A stretch of DNA of 64,000 nt from Clostridia bacterium (GTDB taxonomy: Bacteria; Bacillota; Clostridia; Christensenellales; JBMNLC01). The notes beneath the pieces are model-generated. The model was given only the letters and a program-made list of their open reading frames with translations. It was not told where the DNA came from and made no database searches. The position numbers were made by a program, and so were the translations under genes. The stretch covers positions 256,959 to 320,958 of the forward strand of contig JBMNLC010000005.1 of NCBI GenBank assembly GCA_050952525.1. Reading direction: 5' to 3'. Position 1 is the first letter of the stretch. Each line of letters starts with the position of its first letter. Of the stretch, positions 49,209 through 58,011 are shown in pieces.

Positions 49209-51254
49209 ATGGACAGGGAGAATAGTGATTTAAATGAAAAAATAAACCATTACTTTCCAGGCAGGGTGGTCCGTAAGGATTTGACTCAAAAAATTAAAGA
49301 AGGGGCAAATGTACCGGTATATGTCCTTGAATATTTACTGGGTATGTATTGTGCTACTGATGATGAAGATTCTATAAGCGACGGGGTAAATAGAGTAAAA
49401 GCTATACTTTCAGAAAATTATGTAAGGGCTGATGAGGCGGAAAAGATTAAATCCAAAATTCGAGAACTAGGCCAATATACAGTAATAGATAAATTGACCG
49501 TAAGGCTAAATGAAAAAAGAGATGTTTATGAGGCGGAGTTTTCTAATTTGGGGTTAAAGGGTGTAGAAGTAGAAGCGAGTTATGTGAAAGAATTTGAGAA
49601 ACTACTGGCTGGGGGTATATGGTGTATTCTTAAAATAGATTACTATTATGATGAAGACGCAAGGAATGCTAATCCTTTTATTATAAATAGTTTGAAACCC
49701 ATTCAAATTCCAAACTTGGATATGGATGAGATATTGAGTGGAAGAAAATATTTTACCAAGGATGAATGGATTGATGTGCTTTTAAGATCGGTGGGCATGG
49801 AACCTACTCAATTGGAAGAGAAAGTTAAGTGGCACCTTATAGCGCGAATGATTCCTCTTGTTGAGAATAATTTTAATCTCTGTGAATTAGGGCCTAGGGG
49901 AACGGGCAAATCTCATATATATAAGGAAATATCTCCTAACTCCATTTTAATATCCGGGGGACAAACTACTGTAGCCAATTTATTTTACAATATGAATACC
50001 AGAAAAATCGGATTAGTGGGCTTATGGGATGTAGTAGCTTTTGATGAAGTGGCCGGGGTTACTTTTAAAGATAAAGATGGTATTCAGATTATGAAGGATT
50101 ATATGGCTTCAGGCTCCTTTGCTAGAGGAAAAGAATTGAAAAATGCATTCGCTTCTATGGTTTTTGTCGGTAACCTCAATCAATCTGTGGATGTTCTTTT
50201 AAAAACATCCCATTTATTTGAACCATTTCCAGAGGCGATGGCCTATGATTCTGCCTTTTTTGATAGAATGCACTGCTATATTCCCGGTTGGGAAATACCT
50301 AAATATAGGCCAGAGTTTTTCACTAATGAATATGGCTTTATTACTGACTATATTGCAGAGTTTTTTAGGGAAATGAGAAAAAGATCCTATGGCGATAGTA
50401 TAGATAAATACTTTAGACTTGGAAATAACCTTAACCAAAGAGATGTTATAGCGGTAAAGAAGACTGTATCAGGTTTAGTTAAATTAATTTATCCTCATGG
50501 GGAATTTAATAGAGAAGATATTGAAGAAACCCTTAGGTATGCCCTAATTGGAAGAAGACGAGTAAAAGAACAATTAAAGAAAATTGGTGGCATGGAATTT
50601 TATGATGTTCATTTTTCCTACATAGATAATGAAACCTTTGAGGAAGAATTCGTATCGGTTCCGGAACAAGGTGGCGACAAACTGATACCTGAAGGGATGG
50701 GAAAACCAGGCCATATATATACAGTTGCCCATGGTGATTCAGGGATGATTGGAGTATATAAAATAGAAACAGAGGTTGTCTCTGGAACAGGAAAGTTTGA
50801 AAGAACAGGATTGGGGACTAGTAGGGAAGCAAGAGAGAATTTAAATACAGCCTTTAACTATTTTAAAGCAAACAAAAAGAATATTAGTGGGGCAATTTCT
50901 TTAAACAACAATGACTTTTTAATGCATGTTCAAGATTTGCAGGGTATTGGAATGACTTCTGCAATTGGCTTTATCAGCTTTTATTGCTCTATGCTCCGGA
51001 ACATTAAAAAAACCCGTTTTAAGTCAATTGGTGGTATTGGGTTCAATGAGTATAGGGGGGACCATTAATAAGGTAGAGGAGTTGGCATCCACACTTGCAA
51101 GTTTGTTTTGATGCAGGGGCGAAAAAAGTCCTCCTACCTATGTCTTCTGCGCGTAGACATTAACACAGTTCCGCCAGATTTATTCGCTAAATTTCAGATA
51201 TCCTTTTATCAAAGCCCTGAGGATGCCGTGTTTAAGGCTTTGGGAGTTGAGTAA
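49209..51254 (+). CDS. brxL: BREX Lon-like AAA+ protein BrxL; +1 frameshifts near 50960, 51095, 51150
   Basis: VVRKDLT, ELGPRGTGKS, FDEVAG, DRMHCYIPGWE; C-terminus FDAGAKKVLLP...YQSPEDAVFKALGVE in shifted frames. Confidence 0.93.
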
Positions 51255-51660
51255 AACTGTATAAATAGTTTTAAATATAATATATGCAAGATACAAACCA
51301 AAGGGATTGAGAGCTAAAGTCAAAATAAGCTCGCAAAATCCATCTATTAACTCCGAACGGCAAGCCAGGGCAATCCCGGCGGTCTTGCCCCTTCCGACAA
51401 GAAAAGGTAGCACGACGGCCCCCTGTCAGCATATCGCAGAGGTATATCAATAGCGACTCATATTAGCTGTCTGTCACAAAACGTTCAAAAATTCAAAGCT
51501 GCTCTAGACATGGTAGTTTGAACAGATAAGACTTTGTTAACGACAATATGTAAACTGCATTTGAAAGCAGTTAATTGTGAATAAACTATATGATACCAAG
51601 TACTTATTGCTATTTGCCAAAAAAAACGTTTTTTAGCGAATAATAGGGAGAAAATAAACA

Positions 51661-51816
51661 ATGAATGTATCGAAACACAGATCGACAAGTTGGAGTAAAC
51701 CTAATATTAAAAACCTGATAGCAAGAAAACATGTTGATTGGTCAGTATTTAAGTGGGGATCTACCATTTCTCTTGAATTAGTCAAGTCCCAATTAGTGTG
51801 TAAATTTCCTCGGTAA
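51661..51816 (+). pseudogene. N-terminal 40 codons of an unknown gene, cut by IS256
   Basis: AGGGAG RBS + ATG; reads MNVSKHRSTSWSKPNIKNLIARKHVDWSVFKWGSTISLEL, then runs into the IS end at 51781 and stops inside it. Confidence 0.45.
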
Positions 51817-53311
51817 CACTTTAATCAGTTTGTTGTTAAGGGCTGCTCACTTTTTCAGTATCACAAATGGCAATACTCGGCAGCTTTAAATCACCCATTA
51901 GGACCAGGTGGGCAGTTGTGAACAGGGGCTGCCTGTGGTGCCAGAAGCCATGCGGCTAGAGGCTCACTTTCAACCAGGACCGTGGAATAAATGCGACTCT
52001 AAACAGCAAACGTATCTTTTGAATCTTTTTTCATAGCCTGGTAATACAGATCCATCTCAAAGTATTTACGCCCTGTCTGCCATTTTTCGCTTTGTTCCAT
52101 CAGCAGGGCACCCATGAGCCGGATCACGGATGCCTCGTTAGGGAAAATACGTATAACCCGTTCACGACGCCGGATTTCCTGGTTAAGCCGTTCTACCCCA
52201 TTGGTTGTACGCAGTCTTTTGCGGTATTTGAGTGGCATGATTAAAACGGCGGTTATATCGTCAAAGGCTTCATCCAGTAAGGATGTTGCTCTAGGCGCTT
52301 TGGATTCATATGTGGCAATAATCTGATCCCGGACACCTTTGGCGCTTTCCAGGTCTACGGCTTCGTAAAGTTGGCGCAGGTCTTCCTTCATTTCGACCTG
52401 CAGCGCTTTGGGTGTCTGATCCAGCATCTTCCTTGAAAAGTGGGTTTGACACCTTTGCCAAGTGGTTCCCTGAAATTGTTTCTGAATGGCATTCACCAGG
52501 CCTTTATGGTTGTCGGAAGTCACCAGGTGCACATCCTTCAGCCCTCACTCTTTTAATGATTCAAAAAAATCGCTCCAGCTGCTTTCCGATTCGCTATTGG
52601 CCACTTGAAAGCCGATAACTTCCCAATTTCCTTTTTCGTTGACACCGATAGCGACAAGTAAGCCTCTGGATTGTACCCTGTTATTAATGCGCGCTTTGAG
52701 ATAAAGGGCATCGACTATCAAAAACGGATAGTGGCTTTCCAGCGGTCTTGTTCGAAAGTCATGAACCAAGGGATCCAGTCTCTGACAAAGAGCTGAAACT
52801 GTTGATTTAGAAAACTTCTTGCCACAGAGTTCTTCGGTGATGGTTTCTACTTTCCGAGTAGAGACGCCATTAACCACCATTTCCATCATGGCCAGCACCA
52901 GTGCCTGTTCGCTCCGCTGGTAACGTTCAAAAAGTTCGGTGCTGAATTCGCCGTTTCGGTGGCGAGGAATGCGTAAGGTCAGTGTTCCAACCCGGGTCAC
53001 CAGTTCACGCTTATAGCTGCCATTATGGTATGCTCTTCGCTGATCGGTTCTCTCATACGGTTCAGCACATAGCTGTTCAGTGGACTGGCCTCGAAGGATC
53101 TCATTAAAGATCTTTTCTAGCAATTTTGCTACGGCTACATCTCGTCCGTTGCTTATAAAAAGTCCGTGCAGTTCTTCTTCGGTTAGGGTAATATTAAACT
53201 GAGCCATGGATTTCATCCTCCTCGGTTTGGTATTTGCTTATCACTTATATTCTAACCGAGGATATGAGTTTGTGGCTCATTTTCTTTTTACACAATTATA
53301 AGGGCTTAATC
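51781..53311 (-). mobile_element. IS256-family insertion sequence (inactivated)
   Basis: Imperfect terminal IRs GTCAAGTCCC...TGTGTAAA / TTTACACA...GGGCTTAATC; RBS-sequestering CTCGGTT/AACCGAG hairpin; no exact target duplication; ends uncertain by about 1 bp. Confidence 0.85.
51999..53207 (-). pseudogene. IS256-family transposase with in-frame TGA (52545-47)
   Basis: RVGTLTLRIPR, YVNGVSTRKV-like, FLIVDALY, LVTSDNHKG, QRCQTHF, RTTNGVERLNQEIRRR; both ORF halves are in the same frame. Confidence 0.9.
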
Positions 53312-53435
53312 TAGAAATATCAGGCCATTTTTTATGGTGTTTTTTTACTATGGAGGAAGTATGAAATGAAAAGAGATGATACAGTCAAATCTGAAAAGAG
53401 AGGGTTGTATTGGGCTTGGTTTAGCATCCCTCTTA

Positions 53436-54155
53436 TTATTCTCCTTTTGGAGCTGTATCAAAATGTGCCATAATGGCCTGGGCCTCCTCCTCAGTTATAT
53501 AATCACAATCCACCATTTTAGTCAGAACCTGCTGCTGTCTTTGCGCAGCAAGCTCTGGATTGACATTGGGAGAATAGACAGATGGAGCATTGGGAATCCC
53601 TGCAAGCAAAGTGCTCTCGTAATCAGTCATCTCAGAAGGAGCTTTACCGAAGTAACCCTGACTGGCATCATGAATTCCATAATAACCGCTCCCAAAATAG
53701 ATGGTATTGACATACAGCTCGAGAATGTCATTTTTCCCATATTGATTTTCTAAAGCGAAGGCCATAAAGGTTTCAGCAATTTTACGCTCCAGCTTTTTTT
53801 CCTGGGTGAAATAGATATTCTTGGCCAGCTGCTGAGTGATGGTACTGCCTCCCTCCACCAGGCTGAAAGTTGTCACATTCACCCACAAAGCTCTTCCGAT
53901 GGAAATAATATCGATGGGACCATGATCATAAAAACGATGATCTTCAGCGGCCACTACCGCGTCTATATACATCTTTGGCAATTCATCCAGAGTTGTGTAG
54001 TCTTCCCGGGCTCTAATACTTTGGACCTTATCGGTCAGACTGCATTCCTTCAAGGCCGTCTGATACATAAAATATCCTTTGCCAATGTAAAACGTTCCTA
54101 TTAAGATACAAACAACCATCATAATGGTTGTGATTCTCAAAATCTGCTTTTTCAT
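53436..54155 (-). CDS. Monofunctional peptidoglycan transglycosylase (GT51)
   Basis: N-terminal TM anchor, AVVAAEDHRF, GGSTITQQLAKN, RKIAE, ILELYVN; no transpeptidase domain. Confidence 0.92.
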   Translation of the reverse strand: MKKQILRITTIMMVVCILIGTFYIGKGYFMYQTALKECSLTDKVQSIRAREDYTTLDELPKMYIDAVVAAEDHRFYDHGPIDIISIGRALWVNVTTFSLVEGGSTITQQLAKNIYFTQEKKLERKIAETFMAFALENQYGKNDILELYVNTIYFGSGYYGIHDASQGYFGKAPSEMTDYESTLLAGIPNAPSVYSPNVNPELAAQRQQQVLTKMVDCDYITEEEAQAIMAHFDTAPKGE

Positions 54156-54258
54156 TGCCGCCTCTCTGCCTTTCAATTCTATACTCACTGATCCTGCCAA
54201 CTTTACGATTGATTCTTTTTTAATCCTTGCAGCCTACTTCAATCCTATTCGAATTCAT

Positions 54259-54312
54259 ATTATACATGGGCAATGTGACGATACGGTGACTAAAAGATGA
54301 CAAAATTGTAAC
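54259..54312 (-). promoter_or_regulatory. Response-regulator-dependent promoter with four 11-bp-spaced boxes
   Basis: Minus strand GTTAC-N6-GTCAT-N6-GTCAC-N6-GTCAC, then 10 nt, then TATAAT. Confidence 0.65.
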
Positions 54313-54398
54313 CAAGATGTTCCACATAAAGTGCACTTTGCTTGAAATTTAAGCATTTGGTTTTTCCTTTTTTATTTTACGAACTTAATTATACATGA

Positions 54399-56636
54399 TC
54401 ATGAATAGTGTGGATTTGTAAGAGTAACACAGCTTTGACACAGTCTTTTTTGCAGATATCTGCAGTTGACGTACTTTTCCAAAAGCATCGGGCGGTTGTA
54501 GAAATAGTGGTTCGATGATTCATAGCCGATGGCCGGGTTACGTGCAGAAACAGCCGCCAATCGGATACAGAGATCAAGTTCTTCCTCCAAAATCGCGTTT
54601 ATAGCAGAAGCCGGCACAGCTTCAGAGCTGTCCCGAAGCCGTATAAAACGGGTTTGCAGGTAAACTGAGCGGAAATGGCAATAGGCCGCCTCGGCACAAT
54701 CGACAAGCTCGGCCAGCGCCGGGCTTTCTGCAATGGCATCTTTGTCAAGCTCATCCAAAACGGCAAGCCCCTTGGCCCAATTTTCGGTCAAAATCCGGAA
54801 CTGCTCTTCAAATACATCTTCGGGATAAACGGCACGCCAATTTTCCAAATCGTCATAGGGAAAGCAGACCATGGTCGCCGAAAAACCCGTCGGCTTTTCG
54901 TAGAGAAGATTGGCCGGTCCGGCGTTCTGTGGTCCAAAGTAGAGATTGTGTATATGAAAGGGATACGCATCGAAGGCAATGCTGAAGTATTTAACGGCAC
55001 GCTTCACAATTGCCACACTTTCAGGAGGAGAAATCCTGGCATACAGCTCGTCAAGGGACGGGATTTCACCCGTATCATCATACATTTCACGCAGCATGGC
55101 CAGCGTTGGGGAAGGATACCCGCCCAATGTCCACCCCAGCATGAGCCCGGAAACGCCGCTTTCAATCAATTTCCTAATGTGGCGGTATACAAGCTCAAAT
55201 ACCGGTAAAAACGGCACCGCGGCGCACTCCCATGTGTTGTTAAATTGGCATTTGGCGTATGCCTTGTGACCGCCTGCCCGGGCGTACTGCCACACACTTT
55301 TGGCATATTCCCCCGGACCTATCACGGAAATGGAATAATCGTTTACTTCGATGTCTATACCGCCTATATGTTTCTTGGCAAGCCGTTCGCTGACGGCCAT
55401 AACATCGATTCCCCGGGGCATCCGGTCAATGATGGCGAAGTTTTGATCCACTTCCCAGCCCCACGTCCACGCGAGTAGCTTGCAATCAGGATTTACCGAT
55501 GCGGCACCCTCATACAGGACACGGTTCACCTCGGCAATCACTTCAAAGGGTTCTCTTTCTGCGCACCGAGGGCAATTCTGCTCTGCTTTGGAAAAATGAG
55601 AATAGCAATGGGTTCTGTTTTCTGACGCGGTAATGGTGATAAATCCGCCCAGTTTGGGCACATGGCGCATGATTTGCGCGGCTCCGTCAAACAGGTATTT
55701 CCGGACGTCGGGGTTGGACGTGCAAAGGGAAGCAATACCATTCCGCACAGCTCCCTTCCATTCCGGGTGTGTATCGAAAAGTTGTTCCGGCATGGCCCGG
55801 GGCTCGTTTATGTATAAATACAGTTTGATACCGAACCGATCCAGCCGTTCGGTCAGCTTCCGCAGCCCGTCCAGCCGCTGTTGCCAGCCTTCAGACAGCT
55901 TCGGTTCAAGCGGGAAGGGCACCAGCGTATACAGCACCGCCTGGCACCAGATTCCGTTTATACCCAGGGTTTGATAAGCCCGCAGAAGTTCATCGGGAAA
56001 GGATTCCTCCGGATCGCCCAGAAAGGTGTCACCGTACAGCGCACAGTAGGAATAGACAATACGCGTGTCAAACCGTTCAGGCAAAGAAAGGTTTGCTTCC
56101 CTGGCATACGCGTCTGCTGCGCGCTGGAACAGCTTGAGAAAGTCGAAAGGCTCGGTCTCAGCCCCACCGGTTTTCGCATGGATTGCAGCGATGGCTTCCA
56201 AGGTGGCCTCGCGTACGGCTTCCGTCGCTGCCAGCTGCTCTTTGGTCAACGGTTGATATACAAGGGGCGGGGGTGAAGGTTTACCATTGCCCAGCTTAAT
56301 GTCTAAGAAATCATCCTCTTTGAGTATGTAGGCTAATTTGTCCCGGTCCCAGCCAAGAAGCAGGCAAAGCTGGTCGTAGCTTATCAGTTGCCAGTTGGCC
56401 TTGATAATGGTAATGTACCCGGCGCTGAGCCACTTTGGATTTACGGGAGGGTTTTCGGGAAGTCCCATGGCAACGGCTAGTCTGCGCACAATCTCTTCTT
56501 CCGTTTGCAAAACGGCTGCCAAACGGGAAACGGGAACGATACCCCAGTTTCGGTAGATAAAGCATTGCATAGCCGTGGGAGAGTGTGCATAATGAATAAA
56601 TCTGCCCTCCCAAATTGGAGGAAGTGCCAACGACAT
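54399..56636 (-). CDS. Uncharacterised ~745-aa protein, probable glycoside-hydrolase-like TIM barrel with N-terminal helical/HTH-like region
   Basis: Long ORF with RBS; LYLYINEP, LCTSNP.VRKYL, SEN.THC...CPRC, AWTWGW; no family assignable with certainty. Confidence 0.6.
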   Translation of the reverse strand: MSLALPPIWEGRFIHYAHSPTAMQCFIYRNWGIVPVSRLAAVLQTEEEIVRRLAVAMGLPENPPVNPKWLSAGYITIIKANWQLISYDQLCLLLGWDRDKLAYILKEDDFLDIKLGNGKPSPPPLVYQPLTKEQLAATEAVREATLEAIAAIHAKTGGAETEPFDFLKLFQRAADAYAREANLSLPERFDTRIVYSYCALYGDTFLGDPEESFPDELLRAYQTLGINGIWCQAVLYTLVPFPLEPKLSEGWQQRLDGLRKLTERLDRFGIKLYLYINEPRAMPEQLFDTHPEWKGAVRNGIASLCTSNPDVRKYLFDGAAQIMRHVPKLGGFITITASENRTHCYSHFSKAEQNCPRCAEREPFEVIAEVNRVLYEGAASVNPDCKLLAWTWGWEVDQNFAIIDRMPRGIDVMAVSERLAKKHIGGIDIEVNDYSISVIGPGEYAKSVWQYARAGGHKAYAKCQFNNTWECAAVPFLPVFELVYRHIRKLIESGVSGLMLGWTLGGYPSPTLAMLREMYDDTGEIPSLDELYARISPPESVAIVKRAVKYFSIAFDAYPFHIHNLYFGPQNAGPANLLYEKPTGFSATMVCFPYDDLENWRAVYPEDVFEEQFRILTENWAKGLAVLDELDKDAIAESPALAELVDCAEAAYCHFRSVYLQTRFIRLRDSSEAVPASAINAILEEELDLCIRLAAVSARNPAIGYESSNHYFYNRPMLLEKYVNCRYLQKRLCQSCVTLTNPHYS

Positions 56637-56656
56637 ATACATGCACCGCCTTTATT

Positions 56657-57058
56657 ATGGATAATTGGTGTTGTTCACCGACACACTATATAATCCTGCA
56701 TATTACGGATAAACCATACATAGACCCCTTTGTCCTGCAGGTTCTCCAGATTGCTTTAGACACCTTGCCCTTACCGGTGTCAAGATATTTTCAACCTTGT
56801 TTTTCACAAGTATACGTCAATTTCATTCCCTATGCAACCGGTTGATTTCTGGGGGATTATACTTCTATTGAAGATCCAAGGAAGGGGCAATATATTCTTG
56901 ACATTTACGCTTTTATCAATTACAGTCTAAACAAAATCAACAGCAGGAAATCAAGCAATGTATTGAGGAGAATTTTAAGACAAACACAGGAAGAGAAATT
57001 GCATATGGACGCTTTATATGATCTTATTAAACAGAAAGCAGGTGTTGAAAATGTATAA
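56657..57058 (+). pseudogene. Cryptic ORF interrupted by one in-frame TGA (56843-45)
   Basis: ORF-track frame 56615-56845 stays open for 70 further codons to TAA 57056-58, overlapping the next ATG (ATGTATAA). Confidence 0.4.
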
Positions 57059-57932
57059 AATCGGGTTCTTACCTAATCTGAACATGTGTGACTGGGAACC
57101 GGAACGAATTTGCGCTGTAATCCGAGAGGCCGGGTATGAAGCTATTGAGTTGCTTTCTTCTTTTATGTGTGCGGATACAAAAACGGACGCCGACAGAAAA
57201 CGTATGATAAATGCAGTGGAAAGAGAAGGGCTGGTCATATCGGAGGTTGTGCTTCAGAAGGATTTTGTTGTACTGGATGAAGCAGAGCGAAAGGAAAATA
57301 TTGCGTATGTTATCAGGAACATACAAGTCTTGTCCGAAGTTGGAGTCGATACGGTCAATCTCTTTACCGGCCCACAGCCTTGGTTGCCCAATCCGGTTGT
57401 TGTTGGTAAGCATATTTCCCAGGGAAAGGCATGGGATATGGTGTTTGAAGCCTTTGAGTCGATCATTCCCGTGGCGGAACGGTGTGGGGTGCGGCTGGCT
57501 GTTGAAAATGTCTGGGGAATGCTCTGCGGTGATTTTTTCACCAGCCGGTATCTGCTGGACCGGTACCCATCCAGGTATTTGGGTGTCAATTTTGATCCCT
57601 CCCATGATGTATTGGCAGGCAATACTGATATGGCATGGCTGATACGCCAATGGGGAGATAAAATCTTTCATATCCATTTGAAGGACGCGGCGGGTATTCC
57701 GCAGGTTGGGAAATTTACCTTCCCGTTGCTGGGCGATGGCTTGGTAAACTGGCATGACTTTTTTACCACCATAGATGAAATTGGCTATGAAGACTGTATG
57801 TCGGTGGAGTTTGAAGCTTTCGACTACTATCGCAATATTCTGGACGGTAAACTGGAGGAAGGTGCAAAACTTTCCAGGAAGCTTGTGGAAAAGCTGATGG
57901 CATCAGCCCGGAAAGAACAGCGTATGCCATAA
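57051..57932 (+). CDS. Sugar-phosphate isomerase/epimerase, xylose-isomerase-like TIM barrel
   Basis: Metal ligands LAVEN, NFDPSH, HIHLKD, SVEFE. Confidence 0.9.
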   Translation: MYKIGFLPNLNMCDWEPERICAVIREAGYEAIELLSSFMCADTKTDADRKRMINAVEREGLVISEVVLQKDFVVLDEAERKENIAYVIRNIQVLSEVGVDTVNLFTGPQPWLPNPVVVGKHISQGKAWDMVFEAFESIIPVAERCGVRLAVENVWGMLCGDFFTSRYLLDRYPSRYLGVNFDPSHDVLAGNTDMAWLIRQWGDKIFHIHLKDAAGIPQVGKFTFPLLGDGLVNWHDFFTTIDEIGYEDCMSVEFEAFDYYRNILDGKLEEGAKLSRKLVEKLMASARKEQRMP

Positions 57933-58011
57933 ACCTGTCACGAAGGCAATATGCCCAATTTCAGATAATGGGTTAGAACATCCCATATATCATTTAAGCA
58001 AAGGAGTAAAA

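Larger units (their letters stand above)
38097..51254 (+). other. Type 1 BREX anti-phage locus
   Basis: Canonical order brxA-brxB-brxC-pglX-pglZ-brxL, tightly coupled, markedly more AT-rich than the flanking core genes. Confidence 0.93.

Noticed and set aside
51340-51430. Group II intron or riboswitch remnant after brxL
   Set aside because: No domain V consensus, GUGCG 5' end or c-di-GMP/SAM motifs; kept only as an unassigned hairpin
37620-53430. attL/attR direct repeat of the rpsI 3' end bounding the island
   Set aside because: No second copy of the rpsI terminal sequence found by eye near 51.3-53.4 kb
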